The notes beneath the pieces are model-generated. The model saw nothing but the letters and a program-made list of their open reading frames with translations, made no database searches and was not told where the DNA came from. From a virus (taxonomy: Duplodnaviria > Caudoviricetes): a stretch of 64,000 nt of DNA. The stretch covers positions 96,001 to 160,000 of the IMG/VR virus record IMGVR_UViG_3300027917_000018; one strand, given 5' to 3'. The position numbers and the translations under genes were made by a program. Shown one piece after another: positions 18,774-28,610 of this stretch. The stretch's first letter is position 1, and the number at the start of each line of letters is the position of its first letter.

Positions 18774-19549
18774 TCGAACATGTGGTCCAGTACAGTGGTG
18801 GGGCCTGCTCGTTTTGGGCGGCCAAACGGGTGATTGACCGTTACGGATCGGACACGGTGGTCCTGCTCTTCGCCGACACGAAGATGGAGGACGAGGACCT
18901 CTACCGGTTCCTGGACGAGACCAGCCAGTTCCTGCGCGTGCCCATCACCAAAATCGAGGACGGGCGGACCCCGTGGCAGGTGTTCTTCGACGAGCGTTTC
19001 CTGGGCAATACCCGCGTCGATCCGTGCTCCAAGATTCTCAAGCGGGAGCTGCTTTGGAAGTGGATGACTGAGCACGCCCCGAAGGCCACGGTCCACGTGG
19101 GTCTGGATTGGACCGAGGACCATCGCCTGGAGCGCCTGCGCACTTATCGGCCTGAATTCAAGATTGAAGCACCGATGATGTGGGACCCGCTGGTGGACAA
19201 GCCAGACATGCTCATCGAGCTGAAGAAGCTTGGGTTCGAGCTGCCTCGGCTCTACAAGCTCGGGTTCGCCCACAATAACTGCGGCGGCTTTTGCATCAAG
19301 TCAGGCCAGGCGCAGTTTCGTTTACTGCTCACCGAAATGCCCGAGCGCTACGCGTTCCACGAGGAACAGGAGCGCAAGCTGCGGGCCTTCCTGGACAAGG
19401 ACGTGGCCGTGCTGCGGGACCGGCGCGGTGGAAAAACCAGGCCGATGACGCTTGAAGAATTTCGTAAACGCCTTCAAGCTGACGGTGATGAGCCCTCTGA
19501 CTGGTATGCAAGGGACGAATTTGGAGGTTGTGGTTGCGCCATAGACTGA
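18770..19549 (+). CDS. PAPS-reductase-fold (adenine nucleotide alpha-hydrolase-like) protein with Cys cluster
   Basis: VVQYSGG..S PP-loop, LLFADT..EDEDLYRF, CSKILK, HNNCGGFCIK, C-terminal GGCGC. Confidence 0.75.
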   Translation: MIEHVVQYSGGACSFWAAKRVIDRYGSDTVVLLFADTKMEDEDLYRFLDETSQFLRVPITKIEDGRTPWQVFFDERFLGNTRVDPCSKILKRELLWKWMTEHAPKATVHVGLDWTEDHRLERLRTYRPEFKIEAPMMWDPLVDKPDMLIELKKLGFELPRLYKLGFAHNNCGGFCIKSGQAQFRLLLTEMPERYAFHEEQERKLRAFLDKDVAVLRDRRGGKTRPMTLEEFRKRLQADGDEPSDWYARDEFGGCGCAID

Positions 19550-19723
19550 TGAGACTTGCACGAGGCATCCAGTTCACCGTTGGCCAATCTTTGGCGGAGA
19601 CAGTGGAGCCGAGGTCAGGCGGATGGTGGGTGTGCATCGTAGAGGATCATGCGTACGACGTGCGCATTCACGAATTCGCCATCGCTGAGGCGCTTGCCAG
19701 GGAGGCGTCACGATCAAGAGACC

Positions 19724-20113
19724 ATGAAGAAGGAATCAAATCCACCGCCGGTACTGCCGCGCCCTAATCCGCCGCCCGCGCCGCCCGCTTCGGACGGATA
19801 CCGCAAGCTGGGCAGCCTCTTCGTCCCGGAATCGGTGACGGAGACGCAACCGATCGTCAACTGGTTCGCGACCGAGATGGAGCGCCAACTGGCCGCCGCC
19901 AAGCACAAGGACAGTCCGGCCCACTGGCGGTCGACCGACGTTTTCAGTCTCAAGAAGCGGCTTTGGGACTGTCGAGCCAACCTTAATGCCGCCACCAACG
20001 AAAACCCAACCCAGGTCCTCCAGGAGGCCGCCGCGATGGCCAACGTGCTGTTGATGATCGCGGACTGGTACGAGAGCCGACTGGTGATCCTGGACATCGA
20101 CGGAACAGAATAG
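19724..20113 (+). CDS. degenerate MazG-like (all-alpha NTP-PPase) protein
   Basis: FATEMERQL..K..W..L..RL..EAAAMANVLLMIAD pattern, but the acidic catalytic residues are not conserved. Confidence 0.4.
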   Translation: MKKESNPPPVLPRPNPPPAPPASDGYRKLGSLFVPESVTETQPIVNWFATEMERQLAAAKHKDSPAHWRSTDVFSLKKRLWDCRANLNAATNENPTQVLQEAAAMANVLLMIADWYESRLVILDIDGTE

Positions 20114-20133
20114 CCTAACCTAGAGGATTACCT

Positions 20134-20766
20134 ATGTGGCACCAATGCTTGGACGATTTGGAAGACCCTTGTTTGGTCATCACAGACGCCGGGAGCTTGC
20201 AGTACCTGATGAACCGTTTCGTTGAACACCTGTGCGCCGATTTGGAAGACCGCGACTTTAAGCCAAAAAAGGCGTGGCTGGCTTTACGCAAGAAAGTCTT
20301 TGACGTGCCAGAAGACGAAGACCTGCCTTATGACAGTGACGTGAGTCAGGATGACTTGGACAAAATCTTCCAACTTTGGCTCTCGGACTGTTCAGCACAA
20401 CACGTTGAAGATGAAACTTACAGCGTGGCTGCCAAATTAAGATATGGGCTCGCTGCGGGAGCTGTGTGGTTCACCGCTTTAGAATGCTACAAGTTTTGGG
20501 AGGGCGTGGCTTGGTCTGAGAACAGTCCGGCTGAATTCTATGACGTTGACGATGGAGATGATGAACATGCCAGAGAGGTCGCGCTGTGGGGTGCGCTGCT
20601 GAATATATGCCAGCCGTCAGATGCAGAAGACGGTGAGATGGACGCGGAGGACGCGGGCCTCGAAGAGGAAGCGGCTGAAAGCCTGCAAAATCAACGGAAT
20701 CTTTTTGAGAAGTTCGGAATAGAGATTAAGTGCCGCAAGCTTAGCCGTGGTGACACAGATGAGTAG
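20134..20766 (+). CDS. acidic hypothetical protein
   Basis: D/E-rich 210 aa; GAGGA RBS. Confidence 0.6.
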   Translation: MWHQCLDDLEDPCLVITDAGSLQYLMNRFVEHLCADLEDRDFKPKKAWLALRKKVFDVPEDEDLPYDSDVSQDDLDKIFQLWLSDCSAQHVEDETYSVAAKLRYGLAAGAVWFTALECYKFWEGVAWSENSPAEFYDVDDGDDEHAREVALWGALLNICQPSDAEDGEMDAEDAGLEEEAAESLQNQRNLFEKFGIEIKCRKLSRGDTDE

Positions 20767-20848
20767 CCCGCCCGGACCTGATGCCGGTGCGCCCCGCCGT
20801 TTTCATCAGGCGGCGGGGACGGCCACTTTCAAACCGAGGCGCAGGAGC

Positions 20849-21055
20849 ATGATTCGGGTCCTGCGCGAGAAATGGCCGCAGCTGACCTGGACGGCGCACC
20901 GGGTCGGTTTCGGATCGTGGCTCTACGAAGCCTCCAACGGCTGGATGGGCTGGTGGACCGCGTCGATGGATGAGGACGCCGATCCGTTGTGGCACCGCTT
21001 CTACGTTTACAAGTCCTCGACCAACGAACCGCCCGAGCAAGTTTTCCTATCGTGA
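20849..21055 (+). CDS. small Trp-rich hypothetical protein
   Basis: AGGAG RBS before ATG 20849. Confidence 0.55.
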   Translation: MIRVLREKWPQLTWTAHRVGFGSWLYEASNGWMGWWTASMDEDADPLWHRFYVYKSSTNEPPEQVFLS

Positions 21056-21067
21056 TATAGTTTGGTC

Positions 21068-21298
21068 ATGAACTACGCGAGCGCCTACGAGCTGGTGATG
21101 GCCGGGTTTGTCCGGCACCACCGGAGGAAACCAACACAAATGGAGGCCAGGATGCTGATGAAGTGCCTCAAGTCGCGCCAGTTTCACCAGCACCTGGAGC
21201 AGGTCACCGCAGCCCATCCTGGCGCTGAATACGTCGTGACTTTCGACGGTGAATTCCTTTCCATCACGCCCACGGACGAGCAGGCTTTCTCCGCATGA
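21068..21298 (+). CDS. hypothetical protein
   Basis: Coupled ORF. Confidence 0.5.
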   Translation: MNYASAYELVMAGFVRHHRRKPTQMEARMLMKCLKSRQFHQHLEQVTAAHPGAEYVVTFDGEFLSITPTDEQAFSA

Positions 21299-21513
21299 GC
21301 CAGGTATTCTGGAAATCCTCGATGGGTGAGTGGCACTGTTACGGATCGGACGGTTGGAGCCTGTGCGGCTTCTTTCAGCTCAAAGCGCAGCGCAAAGGGC
21401 CGCAGAAGGAGCCAAAGTTCCAGGAAGCCTTTGACCGCATTGAAGCCTGCCAGCGCTGCTGGAACGAATACCAGCGAATAAAGGCTTCCACCAATGGCGG
21501 ATCACGTTCTTGA
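21295..21513 (+). CDS. small Cys/His protein
   Basis: WHC..SLCG..CQRC. Confidence 0.5.
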   Translation: MSQVFWKSSMGEWHCYGSDGWSLCGFFQLKAQRKGPQKEPKFQEAFDRIEACQRCWNEYQRIKASTNGGSRS

Positions 21514-21718
21514 TCGCATGAACGATCGAGAACGCCTGGAGTTTTTGAAGGCGCTGGACAAGGCGGATTTTGAGGTTTCCGATTGGGAAGCCCAGTTTAT
21601 CGAGAGCCAGCTGCGGCGCGAGCAGGAGTACGGCGATTTTGAAGAGATTTCGTTTACGCCGAAGCAGCGCCAGTGTATTGATGACCTGGTTTCCAAGTAC
21701 GACCAGCGACTGAAATAA
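21494..21718 (+). CDS. hypothetical protein
   Basis: SDWEAQFIES..FTPKQ motif. Confidence 0.55.
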   Translation: MADHVLDRMNDRERLEFLKALDKADFEVSDWEAQFIESQLRREQEYGDFEEISFTPKQRQCIDDLVSKYDQRLK

Positions 21719-21722
21719 GCTT

Positions 21723-22145
21723 ATGAGCACCTGGTTTGAAGTCTATCACGAAAAGCTGCCGCTGAAGGTCACCGTGCCCACCGAAGAGGATGCGAGGAAG
21801 CTTGCGGAATCCTTCGATGGGCTGGCAGCCAACGGTGTGTGGAGGTACCGACGCGTCGGCGTAAACGATTGCCCGAGGCCGCCACAGGCACCAGAGCCAA
21901 CGCACCCAACCGTCGAGGAGCTGCTTCAGCTCATGCTCCAGCACGGCCAGGACGTGGCGGTATTGTTTGTATGGAACAGCAAGACAGGCCCCACCGTTTT
22001 GACAGCAGGGCACCAGGAGCAGGACTCACTCGCGGCCATCGAGGCTGGCCAGAAGCTTCGTGTGGCCTTGGGCTTGGGCGACGATATGACGGAAATCGAA
22101 AACCGAACCGACGAACACGGACCATGTGGGACGCCGTCAAACTGA
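21723..22145 (+). CDS. hypothetical protein
   Basis: ORF in run. Confidence 0.5.
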   Translation: MSTWFEVYHEKLPLKVTVPTEEDARKLAESFDGLAANGVWRYRRVGVNDCPRPPQAPEPTHPTVEELLQLMLQHGQDVAVLFVWNSKTGPTVLTAGHQEQDSLAAIEAGQKLRVALGLGDDMTEIENRTDEHGPCGTPSN

Positions 22146-22336
22146 CTGGCTTTTGGATAGTCGCGGCGATCCTGGCCGTTCCAGCGATCGTTGGTGCGGT
22201 TGTTGCCGTCGTTCTGGCCGTGGTTGCGCTGGGAATTGCGGCCATCGGCATCATTCCGGTGCTCATCTGGCTTATCCTGGCTGATGCCCGCTACTGGAAA
22301 AATCTCGCTACCCGAGGGGTTGAGCACCGCAATTAA
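22124..22336 (+). CDS. small membrane protein
   Basis: Almost entirely hydrophobic (2 TM). Confidence 0.5.
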   Translation: MWDAVKLTGFWIVAAILAVPAIVGAVVAVVLAVVALGIAAIGIIPVLIWLILADARYWKNLATRGVEHRN

Positions 22337-22522
22337 GCGGCGGGCACTAGAGGTCTTGACCACAGCCTGTCACTGGTGCGGTGCTCCGGGTGCCACGCGT
22401 CAGCCCTGCCGGACGGCCTACGCGGATGACCGGCTCAATGAGGTCCATGCGCTATGCCCTGAGTGCGCGGAGGAATACCACGCCTACTGGGACGCAATGT
22501 GGGCCGAATATCACGCATCGCG

Positions 22523-22753
22523 ATGAACGAAGAAGAAAAAGCCAAGCTGTGGAAGCTGGTGGCCCGGTGGCATAAGGACGCCGACCAGTACGCCAAGCAG
22601 GTGGAGGAGGCGCGAGCTGCTGGAACACCGTACGAGCAAATGCTGGCGGCCAAGACCTTTCTGCGCCAGTGCGGCAAGGATTTGGAAGCAGTCGTTCATG
22701 AAATCACGGCCCCGAAAGAACAGCCGAAGCCCGAAAAGTCAGCTGAAGGCTAA
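22523..22753 (+). CDS. hypothetical protein
   Basis: Helical ORF. Confidence 0.5.
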   Translation: MNEEEKAKLWKLVARWHKDADQYAKQVEEARAAGTPYEQMLAAKTFLRQCGKDLEAVVHEITAPKEQPKPEKSAEG

Positions 22754-22887
22754 GCTGGCGAGACTGGCACTTGAGTACGCTCACTGCATTGCCCGCAAGA
22801 ACTACTGGGCGCAGCGGGCGGAAAACGTCGCCATCCGCAAGACGCTCCTGAGTAATCCCACGATGACCCTCCAGGAGCTTCGCCCGC

Positions 22888-22896
22888 GTAGTTAAA
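22888..22896 (+). promoter_or_regulatory. GTAGTTAAA motif (candidate late promoter)
   Basis: TAGTTA ends 8 nt before ATG 22903, the first gene of a coupled operon. Confidence 0.45.
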
Positions 22897-22902
22897 GGCA
22901 AG

Positions 22903-23934
22903 ATGCCAAAGTATGCAGTCGTGCCAAGCCACCTGATGGGCGGCCCGGAGAATCCCGGCATGCGCTGGGATGCCGCCTATTTGATGATCCTGGCCGACCT
23001 GCTCAATCCCCAGCTGTCGATCGAGGAGGCTACCGATCTTTTGGAGAAGCACCTGGAGGAGAAGAAAATCCGGGTAGGCGACCTGTGGCGGCTTTCCGGG
23101 ACCCCATCCGCCGTCAAGGAGCTGGGCAAGAAGTTTGGTCTCGAAGTTACGGATCGCGTTCGCCCGCGATTCACGGCGGTCTTCATGGAGCTGCTCCGGC
23201 GGCACAAGGACCGGCTCCGGCACCAGGCCAAGAGCATCGAGCAGCAACTGGACGACCTTGACCAGCGTTTCCAGGCTGAAGCCCTCGCCGCCAGCGTGCT
23301 CGAAGGCTACAGGGAGACGGATGATTACAGCGCCGAGTACGCCAAGTTCAACGATCTATCCAAATGGCCAATTTCTGCAAAAAGAGGCGCTTTCTTGGAC
23401 TATGGACTGGCCAAGGAATGGGCTCGGTATTTGGCAAACGGAACCTACACACTTGATTGGTGGGGCACGCGGCTGGAGGACATTCCTTGGGCTGCCGAAA
23501 GCATAGCCAGGTTTTTTGGGTCCAAATGGGAACGGAAAGAAGACAGGGAAGCCGTTCAAACTCTCAATAATGCAGCGGCTCAAGTCATTGACGTTGAGAC
23601 GATCCACGAGCCACTAGCGCTCCCGCCTCCGCGCACGACCGGCGAATCCTTGGCCGCCAGCGTGCTCGAAGGCGTCGTATTGGAGGGTGAGGGCATCGAG
23701 GCCCGCCTCAAGGCTGCCGCCAAGAAGATCAAGCATTCCGGGGATTACGGGATGCTTTACTACCATCCCGAGAAGCACGAGGTCCACTGGACGGCGGCGG
23801 ATTCGGACGGTGAGCCGGAGCACACGGGCGGCCCCGAAATCATCAAGCTGCTGAAGCTGGATGGCATCAAGCACGTCGAGGTCGGTGACGAGTGGTCCCC
23901 GGACGAGGACGAAGGCTGGAAACGCCTGATATGA
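22903..23934 (+). CDS. multi-module protein with two E-x-LAASVLEG linkers (putative head-cargo polyprotein)
   Basis: EALAASVLEG and ESLAASVLEG; repeated also at DNA level (gccgccagcgtgctcgaaggc). Confidence 0.6.
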   Translation: MPKYAVVPSHLMGGPENPGMRWDAAYLMILADLLNPQLSIEEATDLLEKHLEEKKIRVGDLWRLSGTPSAVKELGKKFGLEVTDRVRPRFTAVFMELLRRHKDRLRHQAKSIEQQLDDLDQRFQAEALAASVLEGYRETDDYSAEYAKFNDLSKWPISAKRGAFLDYGLAKEWARYLANGTYTLDWWGTRLEDIPWAAESIARFFGSKWERKEDREAVQTLNNAAAQVIDVETIHEPLALPPPRTTGESLAASVLEGVVLEGEGIEARLKAAAKKIKHSGDYGMLYYHPEKHEVHWTAADSDGEPEHTGGPEIIKLLKLDGIKHVEVGDEWSPDEDEGWKRLI

Positions 23935-25124
23935 CGCCCAATCAGCAAGATCGCGCTCTGAAGAATGCCAGCCGGTGGCTGCACAAGTACCGGCGGGCCG
24001 CCCGGCAGACCCTTGGCCCGGAGCGCGCCAAGTATCAGCAAGCCGCCCGGAATTATCGTGGATGGATTTCAACGCTGCGCCGGGACATTGCGAACCGGCC
24101 CACAGAAGAAGGAATTGAGATGAGCAAACTGCACGAAGCTTACGGCTGGGTGGTCAGCTATGACGCCCCAGGTGGCACGAAATGGTACTGGGGCCAGAAA
24201 GGCTGGGTTCAGGACCGGCATCAGGCCAAAGCCTCGATGAAGAAGGCCGATATGATCAGCCTGGCGCAAAGCTTGGTGCGCAACGCCCCGGCCTTGCAGG
24301 ACCGCATCGGCGTTCAGGTGAACGCACCGAAGTTGGAGGGCATTCCTGCAAACACGGGCGAAGATGAAGGGTTCCGTCGGATGAAGCGCCTGGCCGCCAG
24401 ACCGGACAGCGAGCTTGGACCAAGCGCACGCCGCGCCAAAGCGCGGTTCCTGGCGAACAACAAGAAGGCCGATGCCATGTTCAAATGGGCTAAGGGCGTC
24501 AAGGAGGACGTGCCTTTTGCCCAGCCTGCCGGTGGGCCGGACGACCCGTGGCGGCAAAGCATAGTGAAGGTGCCTTACGACCAGTTCGATTTCAGCGGCA
24601 AGCGCGGCAAAGAAGACGTGGAGGACGAGGACGACGAGGAAAAAGAGACCGAGAAGCCCAAGGCCAAAAGCCGTTTTGACCTCAAGTTCGATGAGTCCGA
24701 GACGCTCGCCTCCAGGGTCCTGGAGACTGGCGAACGCAGCAAGCGCGACATCTACAATGAGCTGGAGCGCTTGTGGGCGGAGCGCGACGAGATGCAGCGG
24801 CTCCAGCGGTTCATGGCCAAGTGGGCGCTCATCAAGGACGAGCTGGGCATCAGCGACGCGGACATCCAGGCCCTGGACATCGAAACCAAGGGCGACGGCA
24901 GCAAATGGGCGGTGGGCATCTACCTCAAGGAGCCGCGCTATGACCTGAAGATGCAGCGGGCCGACGCCCGCCGTAAACGTTTGGATCGTGAGTGGGCCGA
25001 GAAGAATCCTCATTTGCACCGCAGTCAGAAGCCGTCGTGGTCGCCGGGTCACCGGCATTCCAGCTCCAGCTACATCGCTTTGGAGCAGCCGCTTTATCTG
25101 CCCAAAGCCTACTTCAAGAAATGA
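23931..25124 (+). CDS. multi-module protein with ETLASRVLE linker (putative head-cargo polyprotein)
   Basis: Internal MSKLHEA and ETLASRVLET; acidic spacer. Confidence 0.55.
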   Translation: MTPNQQDRALKNASRWLHKYRRAARQTLGPERAKYQQAARNYRGWISTLRRDIANRPTEEGIEMSKLHEAYGWVVSYDAPGGTKWYWGQKGWVQDRHQAKASMKKADMISLAQSLVRNAPALQDRIGVQVNAPKLEGIPANTGEDEGFRRMKRLAARPDSELGPSARRAKARFLANNKKADAMFKWAKGVKEDVPFAQPAGGPDDPWRQSIVKVPYDQFDFSGKRGKEDVEDEDDEEKETEKPKAKSRFDLKFDESETLASRVLETGERSKRDIYNELERLWAERDEMQRLQRFMAKWALIKDELGISDADIQALDIETKGDGSKWAVGIYLKEPRYDLKMQRADARRKRLDREWAEKNPHLHRSQKPSWSPGHRHSSSSYIALEQPLYLPKAYFKK

Positions 25125-27262
25125 AGGTTGCCGGGCACGAGGTTGAGACCGTCACCCATCCGCATCACGGCGGCTGGATGGCGATAGCCTACCTCGAAGG
25201 CGGCAAGCAAGTGGCCGGAGCGCCGTGCGACACCAAAGAGCTGGCCGAGAAAGACCTTCACGACAAGCTCTACGACATGCTGCGGCCCAAGTTCGATCCG
25301 AAGAAAACCTACGAGCAATCCGAGGAATACCAGCAGCGCGTGATTGCGAGAGCAGAAACGTTTACGCCTTTCAAGCGAGCGATGTGGGACCTCGATGTGG
25401 CACTGACTGACCGCGCCTTCGAGGCCGCCAGCCAGTACCACCACTACCCGGATACGCCGGATAAGTGGTTTGCCCAGGGCGGCGAATGGTACCTGAGCGA
25501 TGGAGGTTACAGCCGCGTCGTTTACAGCGAGGAGACCGGGAGGCTGTTCCTGACCAGCAACAGCCGCGACCAGGTCAAGGCGCGGTGGGACGAGGCGCTG
25601 CCCCAGCGGGCCAAGGCCGAGGCCATCATTAACGACTACATGCGCCAGGAGCTGGGCGAGGCCAAGACCAAGTTTGCCGCCGTGGTGCTGCTGAAGGACA
25701 AGGACGACCCCAAGGCTCTGATCATCAAGCGGGATGACGAGCCCGAGGCGGGCAAGTGGGCCTGTCCTGGTGGCCACTGCGATCCGGGCGAGGACGACGA
25801 GGCGGCAGCCCACCGGGAGCTGAAGGAGGAGACGCGCTTGTCCGCCGAGAGCCTGGTTCCGCTGGGCAAGACCGCCGATGGCACGGCCATGTTCTGCGGC
25901 TGGGCCAAGACCGAGGACGCCAAAGGCACAGCCACCGACGACGCCGAGGGCCTCAAGTGGGTCTCGGTCGACAACCTGCCGGAGCTGGCATTTGGCAACG
26001 AAAAGCATATCCGCCAGGCCGTTCGCAAGCTCAAGGCCAAGGAGGAGGCACTCCAGCTCGCCCGCGAGGTTCTTAATGAGGTCACGCCTCGGGAGCTTTT
26101 AAGTCGGCACCCCGGAGAGGCAGAGCCGTACGTTTTCTTTCAGCCGTCGGGCATAGAATCGTTCAAGCTACCCCTCCAAAAAGTGGCTTCGACTTACGGT
26201 TGGGATTACACACAGGCTGAGCTTAGCCAGGAACAGCTAAACTGGCTCGACCTCCACGGTGAGTCTGTTTTTATAGCCTTGAACGACTACGGAGCAATCA
26301 ATAGCGACATTCTGGACGCAAACGACGAAACTGCGGGTACTTTCAGCGTCGTTGGTAACCTCGATAGCGCTACAGAAGTCAACAGTCTCGAACGTCTCAC
26401 GCCGCCGTGGCGCACGGAAGGCAAGATCGGCAGTCCGCGCCAGAACCGTTGGAACCCGATGGGGCTTCACCGCAATCACCGGGGCCAGCTCGTGGACAAG
26501 TACGGGCGCGTCATGGACGTGGACTGGGATGAGTTTGAGCGCAAGCGCCTGAAGCCCGGCGAGGAATTGAAGAGCCCGAAGGTGCTCAATCCGCTTCACC
26601 AGGCGGCCAAGGCCACCGGCCAGGTCGAGGCGCGGGAGCCAGAAAAACCGGGAAAGCCGATCAGTCCCCGCGAGCTGCTCAGGAAGTACCCGCGTGAACA
26701 GCCCTATCTGCTCAAGGGCGAGATTGAAGACACCCAGCGCCTGGTCAAGGTCCTGGACCGGTTCGACAACGAGGAGCACATCTACGATGACGGCTACGGG
26801 CCGCTGTGGGTCATGCGGGAAAGCCTGGGCATCACCGGCATTGCCCGAGCCCGTTCGTGGGAGGATGCCTATAGCATCGCCGAGGACGAGTTCTTCCATG
26901 AGGCGGATGAAACGGTCGAAGAGCTTCAGAAGGAGTACGGCTTTCGGCGCGAGCACGTCAAGATCGTGCGCGATCCGAAAACCGGCGAGGAGCGAGATGT
27001 TCAGCAGGGCGACTATCCGTTTGCGGAAACCGGCGTCGAGTTCGTGCGTTGGGAGACTAGGGAAACCCCTGACCCGGACGGCTGGATTGACAACGAGCTG
27101 TTCCAGGAGGCGTACGGCTTCAGGCCAAACGGCCCCAATGCCCGCGACACGCACCAGCACGGTATTTACCAAAAGGACCTCAACGGCGAGGTCTTGGACG
27201 AGCTGACGCCAGCCCTGGCCGAAGAGCTTCAGTTGAGAATCTACGTGGAGGACGAAGAATGA
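25121..27262 (+). CDS. mosaic protein containing a Nudix hydrolase domain
   Basis: GGHCDPGEDDEAAAHRELKEET Nudix box near 25770-25835; internal LAREVLNEVTPRELL and ISPRELL linkers. Confidence 0.8.
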   Translation: MKVAGHEVETVTHPHHGGWMAIAYLEGGKQVAGAPCDTKELAEKDLHDKLYDMLRPKFDPKKTYEQSEEYQQRVIARAETFTPFKRAMWDLDVALTDRAFEAASQYHHYPDTPDKWFAQGGEWYLSDGGYSRVVYSEETGRLFLTSNSRDQVKARWDEALPQRAKAEAIINDYMRQELGEAKTKFAAVVLLKDKDDPKALIIKRDDEPEAGKWACPGGHCDPGEDDEAAAHRELKEETRLSAESLVPLGKTADGTAMFCGWAKTEDAKGTATDDAEGLKWVSVDNLPELAFGNEKHIRQAVRKLKAKEEALQLAREVLNEVTPRELLSRHPGEAEPYVFFQPSGIESFKLPLQKVASTYGWDYTQAELSQEQLNWLDLHGESVFIALNDYGAINSDILDANDETAGTFSVVGNLDSATEVNSLERLTPPWRTEGKIGSPRQNRWNPMGLHRNHRGQLVDKYGRVMDVDWDEFERKRLKPGEELKSPKVLNPLHQAAKATGQVEAREPEKPGKPISPRELLRKYPREQPYLLKGEIEDTQRLVKVLDRFDNEEHIYDDGYGPLWVMRESLGITGIARARSWEDAYSIAEDEFFHEADETVEELQKEYGFRREHVKIVRDPKTGEERDVQQGDYPFAETGVEFVRWETRETPDPDGWIDNELFQEAYGFRPNGPNARDTHQHGIYQKDLNGEVLDELTPALAEELQLRIYVEDEE

Positions 27263-27705
27263 GCGACGTTGTCAGGCGCATGTTAGGTGAGAGCGTGTGG
27301 GACCCGCCCAAGGGCATGGTTCAGTGTCCGGCTTGCGAGGCAATGGGCTACGTCGATGAGGAAGGCAATCCCCACGGTCCCGACACGCCCGGCGCGGAGC
27401 CTTGCTACTTGTGCCACGGCAAGCGCTTTGTGAAACCCGAGGTTGCCAAGGACCATGAGGGCAGGACCAAGGCCAAGATGCGGGAGTACGGCATGGAGTC
27501 TCGGGATGAAGTGCGAGCCGTTATCGAGGACACGCGGCCCGTGAAGTTTTACCGGTGCCCGCACTGCAACGAGGAGATTTTCGAGAAGCACGACTACGTT
27601 GACGAGTCCGGCGTGACCCGCCACCGGGGCTGTGGCGGAGCGTTTAAGTGGCCACCGCCGAGCCCGGAACAAAAGGCGTGGCTGGACAAACTACTGAGCA
27701 GGTAA
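27259..27705 (+). CDS. double zinc-finger protein (DnaJ-type CxxC pairs)
   Basis: CPACEAMG..CYLCHG; CPHC..HRGCG; N-terminus MSDVVRRMLGES resembles the leader. Confidence 0.6.
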   Translation: MSDVVRRMLGESVWDPPKGMVQCPACEAMGYVDEEGNPHGPDTPGAEPCYLCHGKRFVKPEVAKDHEGRTKAKMREYGMESRDEVRAVIEDTRPVKFYRCPHCNEEIFEKHDYVDESGVTRHRGCGGAFKWPPPSPEQKAWLDKLLSR

Positions 27706-27708
27706 GCT

Positions 27709-28278
27709 ATGCCAATTGTCAAAAACTTCACCCGGCAGGCCAGCAGTGCTGGCGGCGACCTCGTGCCCGTGCTCAAGAGCCTGGGCGGCGACCAGTTTGA
27801 TGAGCGCACGATGGAGCTGCGCAATTTCTTTGGCATCAAACTGACGACCACGGACGTTAATCGCAGCGGCGCGTCTACTCCGGTGGACGACCAGTTCACG
27901 GTGGCGCTCACGCAAGGTGTTCAGGTCATGCTGGAATATCGAATTGCCTGGACGCTTCCGGCGTCTCCGACTGCTACAGGCATTGAGTTTGGCTGGAATT
28001 TTCCGCTCTCTCCAGCCTTCACGGACGGCTACCAAATCAACTGGTATGAGTCGATCGCCGCAGGTGCCAGCACTATTGTAGGTCTTGTTTCCAATGGCGA
28101 GGGAGCGCCTGTGCCCATCTTTGCCAACACCACTGCCATTCGGAACAACGGCAGGTGGCACGTCGAGGGCTTCTTTGTTGTGACACCCACGTCGAGCGGC
28201 AACGCCGAATTCTTTTGGGGCAATTGCACGGATGTTACCCGCAGCGCGGGCAGCCACGTGCGCGTCACACCTGTATGA
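27709..28278 (+). CDS. beta-rich probable virion protein
   Basis: T/G/N-rich beta pattern. Confidence 0.5.
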   Translation: MPIVKNFTRQASSAGGDLVPVLKSLGGDQFDERTMELRNFFGIKLTTTDVNRSGASTPVDDQFTVALTQGVQVMLEYRIAWTLPASPTATGIEFGWNFPLSPAFTDGYQINWYESIAAGASTIVGLVSNGEGAPVPIFANTTAIRNNGRWHVEGFFVVTPTSSGNAEFFWGNCTDVTRSAGSHVRVTPV

Positions 28279-28610
28279 GTCGAGCCCGCGCCATCTTGGA
28301 AGCGGAGACGCCCAAGAGCGTTATGGCGGAGCTGCCATCGGATGAAATTGAAATCCGTTGTCACCTTCAGGACAATCGGCTTCACAGCGGGCGGGAGGTT
28401 TCCGATCCTGGCAGTCACTTTGACCGCGTGGTTGTTTCGGGCCGCGATTGGCCAAAGGTCGAGCAGCTTGGGCTTTGGCTGGAGCCCGACCCGGACGAGC
28501 GTGGCGTTTACTGGTGCGGCGACCTTTACGTCACCGAGCTGCAAGGTGCGCTTGACGATGCCGGGATCAAGCATGACTGGTGGGAAAGCGATCCCCTGGA
28601 GGACGAATGA
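28275..28610 (+). CDS. leader-bearing protein (MSRARAILEAETPK)
   Basis: True start ATG 28275 is ATGA-coupled. Confidence 0.75.
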   Translation: MSRARAILEAETPKSVMAELPSDEIEIRCHLQDNRLHSGREVSDPGSHFDRVVVSGRDWPKVEQLGLWLEPDPDERGVYWCGDLYVTELQGALDDAGIKHDWWESDPLEDE

